Shown piece after piece: positions 8,413-17,087 of a DNA stretch of 32,000 nucleotides. How positions within the stretch are numbered: the stretch's first letter is position 1; every line of letters begins with the position of its first letter. Source of the stretch: an uncultured archaeon (GTDB lineage: Archaea > Asgardarchaeota > Thorarchaeia > Thorarchaeales > Thorarchaeaceae); NCBI GenBank assembly GCA_964354495.1, contig CAYHAA010000011.1, positions 60,001 through 92,000 on the forward strand, written 5' to 3'. The notes beneath the pieces are model-generated. The model saw only the letters and a program-made list of their open reading frames with translations, was not told the DNA's origin and did no database searches. Made by a program: the position numbers and the translations under genes.

Positions 8413-9099
8413 ATGTCAATACAACTACTGAAGCACATGAAAACGATTAATGACAAATTGAGAGAGCTAGCGGAAATGTCCCTAGGAGCCTTCATGAATG
8501 CAATGAAAGCATTCGAAGATTTGGACCAGAATCTCGCAGCTGAAGTGCGCTCGACATCAGAGATAATCGAGCAGAAGTCTCTGAGCATCGAGGATAATGT
8601 CTTTGAAACAATCGCGAGAAGGCAGCCTGTCGCAAAGGACCTGCGCGAGCTCGCGACATACCTTCAGGTCGTACACCATCTATTTAGGATAGGACGCTAC
8701 GCCTACAAGGTTTCTCACATCGTGAGGCTCTGTGAAGGTACGGAACACTTCAAGGAGCTAGTTTCACTTCCATATCTTGCTGATTTGGCGAAGCAGACGA
8801 TCGACATTGCGATGAGAGCTGTGCTGGACAGAGATCTCACCCATCTGGACCAGCTCGAGAAGCTCGAGGCACTCAGTGACAAGGAAACGTCTGACATGTT
8901 CGAGGAAATAACTGACTACTTGCGAAAGAGAAATGACATCACGAAGATGGCCATGTTCTATGTCATAGTCGGTCGTTACTGTGAGCGTGCAGCAGACCAT
9001 GCCTTCTCAATGGCTGAACGTGCCGTCTATATGGTAAAGGGAAAACATGTGAAACTTGGCCTTGCGTACAAAGGGGCGTCAAGCCAGGCGCCACACTGA
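8413..9099 (+). CDS. phoU: Phosphate signalling complex protein PhoU (copy 1)
   Basis: RQPVAKDLR and ERAADHA motifs; two helical-bundle repeats; downstream of pstB. Confidence 0.9.
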   Translation: MSIQLLKHMKTINDKLRELAEMSLGAFMNAMKAFEDLDQNLAAEVRSTSEIIEQKSLSIEDNVFETIARRQPVAKDLRELATYLQVVHHLFRIGRYAYKVSHIVRLCEGTEHFKELVSLPYLADLAKQTIDIAMRAVLDRDLTHLDQLEKLEALSDKETSDMFEEITDYLRKRNDITKMAMFYVIVGRYCERAADHAFSMAERAVYMVKGKHVKLGLAYKGASSQAPH

Positions 9100-9165
9100 C
9101 CTTAGTGCTCAATCGCGAAATCTTAATCTCCTGAATACTCTGTTACTCAAGCTGGTGACATCCGT

Positions 9166-9864
9166 ATGGATTCAACTCTGGATGTTGTCAAGAATGAAAT
9201 CAGGTCTCTCTTGGAGAACCTATGCGAAACAGTTTCTACCGCCTTGGAGCGTTCCATGAAGGCGTTTGAGGACTTAGACTGCAACATGGCTGATTCAGTC
9301 ACAAAGAAATCTCGTTACATAGAGAAGACCCATCATGCCATAGAAGACAAGATCTTTGAATCCATAACATCACTCCAACCACGAGACAAAGAACTACGTC
9401 GTTTCATTGCATATCTGAACACTTCTAATGGCCTCCAGAGCGTGGGTCGTTTTGCTACGAAGATTGCAGAGATAGTAAGAATGAGCGAGGGTCTAGATCA
9501 TTTCAAAGAGCTCATTACCTTGCCGTATCTCTCAGAGCTTGCCACTGCTGCCCTGAGTATTAGCGTACGTGCGGTATTAGACGAGGATCTGAGTGAAATT
9601 GATGAGCTTGAAAAACTGGACGCTCAAGGTGATAGTGAATCCGCTGACATGTTTCAGGAGATTGCAGACTATCTTGGTCATCTACGAGGTATCAGCAATA
9701 TCGCCATGCTATACGTCATTGTTGGAAGATACTTCGAACGTACTGCAGACCAGGCAATGTCCATCGCTGAATATGCAGTCTTCCTCGTGACCGGCAAAAG
9801 AAGGAAACTCGGTCTTGCTTACAAGGGAATTGACGATATCAGCGATGTCGCTATTGATATCTAG
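9166..9864 (+). CDS. phoU: Phosphate signalling complex protein PhoU (copy 2)
   Basis: LQPRDKELR, ERTADQA; shares the C-terminal KLGLAYKG with copy 1. Confidence 0.88.
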   Translation: MDSTLDVVKNEIRSLLENLCETVSTALERSMKAFEDLDCNMADSVTKKSRYIEKTHHAIEDKIFESITSLQPRDKELRRFIAYLNTSNGLQSVGRFATKIAEIVRMSEGLDHFKELITLPYLSELATAALSISVRAVLDEDLSEIDELEKLDAQGDSESADMFQEIADYLGHLRGISNIAMLYVIVGRYFERTADQAMSIAEYAVFLVTGKRRKLGLAYKGIDDISDVAIDI

Positions 9865-10382
9865 TACTTGCCTCTCCTACATATCTTCCTTACAAGCTCT
9901 TCAAACGCGACATCGACATTCTTGTTCTCAAGCGCACTCGTCTGAATATGCTTGAGCCCTCGAGCCTCCAAGATGCCTCTTATCTGTGCGTCTGTAATCA
10001 CCGACTCAAGGTCGATTTTATTCTCGACTGCGATGACAGCTACTTTGCCAGCTGCCGTGTACAGGGAGCTAAGCCACCTATCGATATGCTCGAGCGACTT
10101 CAAATTCGTTCGGTCGAAGACGTAGAATGCCCCTGATGCGTTTGCGCAGTATTGCTCCCTAAGCTGCGCGAAGGACTCTTCTCCTCCAAGGTCCCAGATA
10201 ATCTGCTTATGGAGCTCGCCATCCAACTCCAATGTCTTGACATGTAGTACTGCACCAATCGTCCTCGTCATGTCTGGGGATAGAGTGTCATACACATAGC
10301 GCTGTATGAGTGATGTCTTGCCTACTTGTGAATCACCTAGAAAGACCAGCTTATGCACAAAGTCCGGATTCCTTGTAGACAA
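9861..10382 (-). CDS. Ras-superfamily (Rab-like) small GTPase A
   Basis: G1 GDSQVGKTS, G2 TIG, G3 WDLGGE, G4 NKID, G5 TSAL. Confidence 0.92.
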   Translation of the reverse strand: MSTRNPDFVHKLVFLGDSQVGKTSLIQRYVYDTLSPDMTRTIGAVLHVKTLELDGELHKQIIWDLGGEESFAQLREQYCANASGAFYVFDRTNLKSLEHIDRWLSSLYTAAGKVAVIAVENKIDLESVITDAQIRGILEARGLKHIQTSALENKNVDVAFEELVRKICRRGKY

Positions 10383-10405
10383 TTCGAAACACCCTTGACC
10401 TGGTT

Positions 10406-10996
10406 CTACTTTAAAATCCTCGTCCCTTTGCTACGGGCTTTCACTAGTATCTTACGCGTCATCTCCTGAAAGGCATCTTCAACGTTTGTGTCTTCTTTCG
10501 CGCTCGTCCGGATGATCTTGAGACCGTATTTCTTGATTATCTGGTCCTTCTGTTCCTTCGTAATTGCACTCTTCAAGTCTACCTTATTCTCAAGCATGAC
10601 CAGAGGTATATCTCCGGTCACTGCATGGAGTGCCTTGAACCATTCGTCAATTCGTGCAATGGTTTCAGGGCGTGAAGTATCAAAGACGAAGAATGCACCG
10701 CTAGCATTCTGATAGTACGCTCGACGGAGTTGGGAGAAGTTGTCCTGACCTGCAATGTCCCAGATGACCAATTTGACCATAGTGTCGTCGACTTGAACCA
10801 TCTTGAGGTGGATGTCAGTTCCGATGGTCGCAAGGTAGTCACCCTCAAATGAGTCGTATACAAATCTGCCAACAAGCGATGTCTTGCCCACTGCCCCCTC
10901 ACCGAGGAAGACTATCTTGAAGAGATACGCAGCACTATCTGCCAGAGCCTGTACACTCCACATGAAGCGATATATTTCGTTGTTTGAGCCAATCAT
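10406..10996 (-). CDS. Ras-superfamily (Rab-like) small GTPase B (true start probably a few codons downstream)
   Basis: G1 GEGAVGKTS, G2 TIG, G3 WDIAGQ, YYQNA, G4 NKVD, G5 TSAK; polybasic C-terminus. Confidence 0.93.
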   Translation of the reverse strand: MIGSNNEIYRFMWSVQALADSAAYLFKIVFLGEGAVGKTSLVGRFVYDSFEGDYLATIGTDIHLKMVQVDDTMVKLVIWDIAGQDNFSQLRRAYYQNASGAFFVFDTSRPETIARIDEWFKALHAVTGDIPLVMLENKVDLKSAITKEQKDQIIKKYGLKIIRTSAKEDTNVEDAFQEMTRKILVKARSKGTRILK

Positions 10997-11079
10997 CTAA
11001 TAACACTATCGCCCTCAAGGAGGCCGGCGGAGAGAATCCTCAAGTATTCTAAACTCTCACCAAAAGCCAAAAAAGTGGA

Positions 11080-11901
11080 GTGCTCAGCCTCAATGAGCAG
11101 GTAGAGAAAATGCAGATTGGAACCTTTGCTCGCACCACTGAACAAGTTCTCCGGGGTCTAAAGAGTAACCCTGATTTCGTTGATCTCAGGTTAGACTATG
11201 ACCACACGTTTGAGTTCTCCGTGGTAAAGCCTGCCTTGAGCAAAGCTGGTGTTTCCTGTACCTTGCATCTACCAAGTGATCCCGAATGGAAACCCACTGA
11301 TATCAACCGTGACATCGTTCCGTACCTCGAACTTGGCGGAACGATTGATGCTGAATTGGTTACATTTCACTCTCCACTTTCCTCGCTCTTCTACAGCGAC
11401 GAAGTAATCGATGATTTTCTGGAGTCCTTTCCTCTTGCTTACGAGGCGGCTAGGGAATCGGGAATCATCCTCGCTGTTGAAACGTTATGTCATAGCTTCA
11501 CGGAGCTGACGTTATTCTTCGACCAATTTCCTGAGGTCCGAATGGTTCTTGACATTGGACACGGGCAAATCCTCTCCCTTCAGAATCGAGCTCTTGGCCA
11601 TATCGAATCTTTTCGAAATCACATTGAGATGGTTAATGTTCATGATAACAATGCAGGGGAAACATACAAGAAAGTGCTGAGTAAGAGGTCACTCGCTTCT
11701 ATCTCTAGAGAAGAATTACGAGAGATGGGCCGGCACTGTGATGAAAATCTGCCCATAGGTAAGGGCAAACTCGACTTCGCCCAAATCTTCGCATCTCTAA
11801 AAGAGCATAAGTATGACGGTCGTTTCCTGATGGGTTGCGCTGATCCCAACTCATTTGGAAAAGAACGCAAGAAATTCCTTGACCTCTGGCAGTCAGCCTA
11901 G
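11080..11901 (+). CDS. Sugar-phosphate isomerase/epimerase (xylose isomerase-like / AP endonuclease 2 TIM barrel), degenerate metal site
   Basis: LAVE, LDIGH, HD and LPIGKGKLDF motifs; several expected metal ligands substituted. Confidence 0.75.
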   Translation: MLSLNEQVEKMQIGTFARTTEQVLRGLKSNPDFVDLRLDYDHTFEFSVVKPALSKAGVSCTLHLPSDPEWKPTDINRDIVPYLELGGTIDAELVTFHSPLSSLFYSDEVIDDFLESFPLAYEAARESGIILAVETLCHSFTELTLFFDQFPEVRMVLDIGHGQILSLQNRALGHIESFRNHIEMVNVHDNNAGETYKKVLSKRSLASISREELREMGRHCDENLPIGKGKLDFAQIFASLKEHKYDGRFLMGCADPNSFGKERKKFLDLWQSA

Positions 11902-12926
11902 ACTCTCTTTGCGAGGGTGTCTATGAGCTTCCTGATTTCCTGAATACCTACTTTGTCTCCAGCTTTGTTATAGAGCGCATAGGCAATTTTGACAACACGG
12001 AGTGCTTCATCTCCCTTGCCCTGAACAATGAAGAATCTAGCCTGTTTCATGCGTGCAGCGGCCATAGCACTGTACACTTCTCGAGGGTACTCGAACATGT
12101 CGACACTGATGGTCTTGCCACAGTCCGGGCAAGTGATGACTAGGTCTACCGCCTCTTCGACTACCTCTTTAGAAGGTTTTGCAAATGCTGCTGGTTCCTC
12201 TGGCGAAGACCATGCAATCTCTCCCGCATCTTCGACGTTCTGGGATTTCTCTCCCTCTTGTTCATACCTTGACGAAGAGAAGCCAGCAGAAAGGCTCGGC
12301 GACACTCGACTCTGTTCCTGAGGCGTGTCGGAAGACAAATGTCTCGTTCCATGACCCTGCTTATCAACAAAACCGGATTTGGAACCGAGTATTGACTCCT
12401 CCAACTGCGACGATGTTGGAGCTGAGGGAGTCATCATACCCTCTGCCTCAGAGGGCAAAGGTTCACTACCCTTCATCATGCGCGGCGCAGGGACTTCCTC
12501 GCTGCCTGCCATCGCGCCCGGCCCTTCTAGTAGCTCTCGTACTTCACTTGCTCGAAGCATTCGGGTCTCAACGATTCCTGATCCATCCGCTTCATCGATA
12601 CCCACGGATTCTGCCTTTGCAAAGGCTTCTCGCGCTTTGTCTAGCTCTGACTTATGCTTTGACCCTCCCACGGCTCGAACACGATCCTTACTTACCTCGC
12701 TGGGTCTGATGAATCTGTCCTGAGTTGTAGTGGGCGATGCCTCTCCTGAGGCAGTACTGGATGGCTGTCTGGATCCGGTAGTTGCTCGTCCTGTATCAGG
12801 AACTGCCGACTTAGCAGATGCAGATGGAGTTCGAGGTTTTTCTGGCTTGATCAGAGATGTTCCACATCTAATGCAGAATTTTCGTGTAGGCTCATTAGCT
12901 TTCCCACACTTGTCGCAAGTACGCAA
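11898..12926 (-). CDS. Zinc-ribbon protein with long low-complexity linker and C-terminal CxxC plus TPR-like helices
   Basis: CDKC-x10-CIRC at the N-terminus; S/P/E/A-rich middle; CPDC then an amphipathic helix pair. TTG start at 12926 follows AGGTGAGGT (ORF track starts at 12953). Confidence 0.7.
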   Translation of the reverse strand: MRTCDKCGKANEPTRKFCIRCGTSLIKPEKPRTPSASAKSAVPDTGRATTGSRQPSSTASGEASPTTTQDRFIRPSEVSKDRVRAVGGSKHKSELDKAREAFAKAESVGIDEADGSGIVETRMLRASEVRELLEGPGAMAGSEEVPAPRMMKGSEPLPSEAEGMMTPSAPTSSQLEESILGSKSGFVDKQGHGTRHLSSDTPQEQSRVSPSLSAGFSSSRYEQEGEKSQNVEDAGEIAWSSPEEPAAFAKPSKEVVEEAVDLVITCPDCGKTISVDMFEYPREVYSAMAAARMKQARFFIVQGKGDEALRVVKIAYALYNKAGDKVGIQEIRKLIDTLAKRV

Positions 12927-13205
12927 TGACCTCACCTCAGGTATAATCAACATACTCTATACTACTGATTAAGCTTTGCTCAATATATGGCATTGTAATA
13001 AGGAATCGACTCTGTTCTCTCTTGATACTGGACGAACGATGCCCATCAGACTGCCACTAGGGTTGATGAACCTTCAGAGGCTCTTCTAGAATACCTGATA
13101 AGTTGTTTTGTGTACTGGTGGAACCTGAAGAATCTCCCAGTCGAGAAGAACATGAGCACCAGGGAAACATAGTTATAGTAGCATTCTCAAGTCGGTTGTT
13201 TCAAG

Positions 13206-13961
13206 ATGGAAGACAAGGAAATTCACTTTGTGTATCCAATTTCCTGGATTACAGTGAGTCCCGCATTCACTGATTTCATGACGAAATTATTCAAAGGCGC
13301 GAATAAGGATATCACTATCGCAGATTTCGCCTCAGGAGAGCACGATAGAGTTCCCTCATTCTTCATTAGGCATCTCCCTAGACTCCTCGGGCTTCAAGAT
13401 GAATCGATAAGTAGAGTCTATGTCTACAGCATAGATTTGCATGGTCTCCGATTGGATAGCCTGTTAGGGAAACATGAAGAATCGCACCTCTTGGACAGAG
13501 CAAGGGTTGTGCGTGCGAAGCTAGAGTCGATGGATCTAGACGCAACGATGAGACCTGCAATGACTGAGTTCATTCAAGAACACCCAGACACAGCGACATG
13601 GCTTGATGACTTCCTGATTGAAGAGAGTCGTTTTCCTCCAGAATGTTTTGACCTAGGTGTACTCAATAACGACATAATTGGCTATTTGCTGGAATACTAC
13701 AAGACTCATAGTGATGTCATAATTGGTCTTCAGAAAGTTCGCAGTTCAATACGCACAGGGGGTCTCTTGGCAGTGACTATGCCCTGTTCTCTCTATGTCT
13801 TGAATAACGTTGCACCACTGGAGAAATCCGGTTTTGAGTTCCTCGAGGGATTCGATGTTGATTTGTCTACAAAGGAAGTCACGTTCATTGAGAAGAATGC
13901 AGAGCCAGGAACAATGAGTCGTCTAGGGCATTATACGCTTCTATTATTCACAGCAATATAA
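13206..13961 (+). CDS. Divergent class I SAM-dependent methyltransferase-like protein
   Basis: IADFASG motif I-like, YSID (motif II), FDLGV, and IRTGGLL post-motif typical of Rossmann methyltransferases. Confidence 0.55.
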   Translation: MEDKEIHFVYPISWITVSPAFTDFMTKLFKGANKDITIADFASGEHDRVPSFFIRHLPRLLGLQDESISRVYVYSIDLHGLRLDSLLGKHEESHLLDRARVVRAKLESMDLDATMRPAMTEFIQEHPDTATWLDDFLIEESRFPPECFDLGVLNNDIIGYLLEYYKTHSDVIIGLQKVRSSIRTGGLLAVTMPCSLYVLNNVAPLEKSGFEFLEGFDVDLSTKEVTFIEKNAEPGTMSRLGHYTLLLFTAI

Positions 13962-14033
13962 GAAATGCGAAGAATCAGCCATGCATAGCCTTCTTTCTAA
14001 GGGTCCTCTCAGTATAACCGCGCTAGGTTTATC

Positions 14034-14048
14034 GGCAAAACTTTATAG
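14034..14048 (+). promoter_or_regulatory. Archaeal BRE-TATA promoter candidate for the coiled-coil gene
   Basis: GGCAAAA-CTTTATAG about 45-60 nt upstream of ATG 14094. Confidence 0.5.
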
Positions 14049-14093
14049 TGTCCCTGCACTGTACAGAGCTATCACGGTTCAGGCGATTCTACA

Positions 14094-15674
14094 ATGTCTT
14101 CAGATAAGAAGCTCACCGACAAAGAAAGAGATGCTCTTCAGGAAGCCCTAAAGAGCGCGGCTCTCTCCGATGCTGAATTGGAGCGATTGGCTGTGGGAGT
14201 TGATGAATCCGGCGATGCTATCAGTCCCGTTGAAGAGGGTGGAGATCTTATCGATGCTGCTTCCCTCGCCCTCAACTTTGTAGAAGGGCTTGAGACCACG
14301 GCACCGGTTGAACGACTTGGTGGCAGCGATGCAGTCGCAGGGTTCGATGCTCTTCTGATGAAGTTGGAGACATTGCGTTCCGATATCTCCCAACTGCAAA
14401 GGGGTGTTGTAGGCGTCTTCGCAGCACAGCTGCTGACATTCAGAGGAAAAGTCGTCGATCTCAAGTCACGCATCTCTGAAGAGATGGTTGAAAGGCTTAG
14501 AATGAAGTTCTTCAAGCAATTCATCGAGACAACTTTCGTCGATATCGTTGATAATGAATTCGCAGCGCTTGAGAAGGAACTAGTGGACAAGATTGTGGAG
14601 CAGACCCAAGAACGCTTCAAAGAATTCGCCTTGAGGGTTCGGGAATCTGAGGTCGACCTTCGTAGTACCATTGTCGAACAACAAGACGTCGTTCGATCTT
14701 TTATGCAGAGCTTGGAGGAAGAGAGCGCTGCTCAGAGGTTGGAGCTCGCTGAGAAACAAGCAGAATTGACAAAATTGGACATGGAAGTAAGAAATCTTCA
14801 GAGCAGAATTGCCGAGGATCGACAGGCTAGTACCACAACTGCGGAGTACGAGCGAAGGGTTGCCGATCTTGATGGGCAAGTGAGGTCCTTCAGAGATGAC
14901 CTACTCATCAAAGATGCTATGATTGACGCACGGTCGAAGGATCTCGAGAATGCCAAGGCTGAGATTGAAGACCTCCGTTTTCAGGTCGGAGAGTATGAGA
15001 CTCAAGTTGGTCGATACAAGGCTGAAGCAGCGGTCGCAAAACCTCGGTCTGAGAAGTCAGTAGCTGAAAGCGATGCCATGAAGTCCAAGATAGTACTCCT
15101 AGAAAAGACTCTCGAAGATAAGAGAAAGCAGGCTGATGCGTCAGTTGCAAAGATTAAGGAACTTGAACTGAAAGTCAAAGACTCGCTTGCTGATAAGGCA
15201 GGTGCTGAGAAGCAAGCGAAATCACATCTGAAAGAACTCGACTCCATGCAGGAAAGGATAACTGAGGTCAAAAGCCTCGATGAAAAGATCCACTCTCTGG
15301 AAAAGGAATTGAAGGAAACAAAAGAGGAGATTCCTATCATCGAAATGCAGAAGGAAGCCTTCGAGAAAGCCACACGTCTCATGGAGAAGGAACGTGATAT
15401 TGCGCTTGAGCAACGAGACATCTCCGATGAACGTACGCAGAGGTATATACAAGTCCTCGGAATGGAGAACAATACCAAAGTGCTCTTGCTTGTCGACGAA
15501 GTGGGTTCAATAACGTTTACAGAGCTCGGCAAGTCCTTGGGCACTCCCGTAGGTTTGGCTACAAAGTATGCTCGCGAGCTCGAAAAACTCGGTGTCTTAA
15601 AGATACAAGGTGACAAGGTAATCTCAACGCTTCGTAAGTTGAAGATCAAAGAGGGAGAAGTCAAACTCGATTAG
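14094..15674 (+). CDS. Long coiled-coil protein with C-terminal winged-helix domain
   Basis: Acidic N-terminus, about 370 aa of E/K/L/Q/A-rich heptad sequence, then KVLLLVDEVGSITFTELGKSLG...KYARELEKLGVLKI wHTH pattern. No Walker motifs. Confidence 0.75.
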   Translation: MSSDKKLTDKERDALQEALKSAALSDAELERLAVGVDESGDAISPVEEGGDLIDAASLALNFVEGLETTAPVERLGGSDAVAGFDALLMKLETLRSDISQLQRGVVGVFAAQLLTFRGKVVDLKSRISEEMVERLRMKFFKQFIETTFVDIVDNEFAALEKELVDKIVEQTQERFKEFALRVRESEVDLRSTIVEQQDVVRSFMQSLEEESAAQRLELAEKQAELTKLDMEVRNLQSRIAEDRQASTTTAEYERRVADLDGQVRSFRDDLLIKDAMIDARSKDLENAKAEIEDLRFQVGEYETQVGRYKAEAAVAKPRSEKSVAESDAMKSKIVLLEKTLEDKRKQADASVAKIKELELKVKDSLADKAGAEKQAKSHLKELDSMQERITEVKSLDEKIHSLEKELKETKEEIPIIEMQKEAFEKATRLMEKERDIALEQRDISDERTQRYIQVLGMENNTKVLLLVDEVGSITFTELGKSLGTPVGLATKYARELEKLGVLKIQGDKVISTLRKLKIKEGEVKLD

Positions 15675-16018
15675 AATTCTATCCCTTTATCCCCTTCCGT
15701 ATGAGACTGTACGATCTGTGCCCAGTAATCTGATAGCTTTGTTACAGCATGTGAGAAATCCTTGCAAATGCTGAAGTGACCCATCTTCTTCTCCACCATG
15801 CCAACATCTCGGAGCTTTCTCATGACCTTGACATAGAGACCCCGGCTTGATAACACGAATCTTTCCCACTCAGTGTCAGGCATTTTTCCATCATTTGCGA
15901 TTAATGTATTCAGTATCTTGGCAGCTTGCTCGACCTGCATTTCGGTAAAAAAGACATAACGCAATAGATGCTTCGGACTTATCAAAGAGGGTCTACGGAC
16001 CAACTCGATCTTTGCCAT
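15671..16018 (-). CDS. Small winged-helix protein
   Basis: YVKVMRKLRDVGMVEKKMGHFSI matches a recognition helix plus wing; followed by a C-terminal helix. Confidence 0.6.
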   Translation of the reverse strand: MAKIELVRRPSLISPKHLLRYVFFTEMQVEQAAKILNTLIANDGKMPDTEWERFVLSSRGLYVKVMRKLRDVGMVEKKMGHFSICKDFSHAVTKLSDYWAQIVQSHTEGDKGIEF

Positions 16019-16066
16019 ACTCAGAACCTGTGTACTGAGTCATCTAGACCAATAAGACACTAGGTA

Positions 16067-17059
16067 TTACTGAGACCTTCTCAAGGGCCGTATCATAAGC
16101 ATGAGGAGGGTAACGCCTATGAATACTCCTAGAGATACGATTGTCTGCGAAGCTAATGTAAAGACTGCAAGGCTCAGGACTCCCGTGCTGGTGAGATACC
16201 AGAGTATGCCTCCGGTCGCTAGGCTGGCGATGAACGGTATGACCTGCCATGGTGATCTCAATCTCGACATTGCTGCTATCAGAATGAAGAGACCGTAGCC
16301 CACAGCTGCAAAGGCAAGCGAGAGTGAAAAAAAGACTGCAAGGGTCTCATATAGACCGAACAGAAGCCATCCTGCATCAGGTAGAAAATACGCTATGGCT
16401 AGCCATATGAGATTGAACAAGATTATGACTTTCAGTCCTGTGGATGCGTTGCGTATGTCAGCACCTGAAGGAGCATTTGAGAACATTATTGTCATTGCTA
16501 GAAACGCCACAATCCAGAATATGGGATTGATTACGGTGAGTCCTGAGAGAGTGTAGAGGAACTGGTAGACAAAGCCACCAATCAAAGTGAACGGGTAGAA
16601 TGAGTCGGGATTGGCCTTAGCTCCGATCAGGTTGCTGATCAATTCTAGGGCATCGCCGCCAAGTCCGGGCGAACTCGGCACAAAATAGGTAGCACCAAGA
16701 GCAAAGGCAATCAGAAGGAGAAGTGAAACTATGACTGGAGCAAGGTTGATGATCGCATTTTTGAAACTGCTCGTGGGTTTGCGATACTTCACATAGCCAA
16801 GAATGACCTGGTCTCCTTGAACCTCGATATTGATTGGCTTGAATTCCACGACCTCTGTTCTTGTCACTTTGCATCCGAGAAAGTGCGAGGTTTCATGTAG
16901 CGCAACACCAGGCCCGACCAACATGAACCATAGACGTGTTCCTGGTTTCTGCGTTGTTCTAAGCAGAACATGTGAGAGTCTCTCAAGCAGCCATCCTAGT
17001 CCCCAGACCAGGAAGAATAGACCTACACCAAGTACCACAATCATGAAGTATGCGTTCAA
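16067..17059 (-). CDS. Membrane zinc metalloprotease, M50-like (site-2 protease type)
   Basis: HExxH (LHETSH) within a hydrophobic segment, NLAP, and a distal PSGAD candidate third ligand; multiple TM helices. Confidence 0.75.
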   Translation of the reverse strand: MNAYFMIVVLGVGLFFLVWGLGWLLERLSHVLLRTTQKPGTRLWFMLVGPGVALHETSHFLGCKVTRTEVVEFKPINIEVQGDQVILGYVKYRKPTSSFKNAIINLAPVIVSLLLLIAFALGATYFVPSSPGLGGDALELISNLIGAKANPDSFYPFTLIGGFVYQFLYTLSGLTVINPIFWIVAFLAMTIMFSNAPSGADIRNASTGLKVIILFNLIWLAIAYFLPDAGWLLFGLYETLAVFFSLSLAFAAVGYGLFILIAAMSRLRSPWQVIPFIASLATGGILWYLTSTGVLSLAVFTLASQTIVSLGVFIGVTLLMLMIRPLRRSQ

Positions 17060-17087
17060 AGCGTGCTTTCCCCTGATTCTTGAAACC

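Noticed and set aside
9861-10426. Prenylation signals on the GTPase tails
   Set aside because: No CaaX, CC or CxC at either terminus; the single Cys in GTPase A is six residues from the end.
12028-12972. Several overlapping + strand ORFs, including 176 aa
   Set aside because: Antisense shadows of the low-complexity Zn-ribbon gene with no motifs.
13064-13128. Possible C/D box sRNA (TGATGA at 13064, CTGA at 13095 and 13125)
   Set aside because: C-to-D' spacing of 25 nt is long, and there is no recognisable C' box or terminal stem.
14138-15664. Long antisense ORFs (177 and 220 aa)
   Set aside because: Ser/Leu/Phe-rich mirror translations expected opposite E/K-rich coiled-coil codons.
14094-15674. 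SMC/Rad50 or ESCRT-III assignment
   Set aside because: No Walker A/B, signature, hinge or zinc hook, and much longer than an ESCRT-III core.
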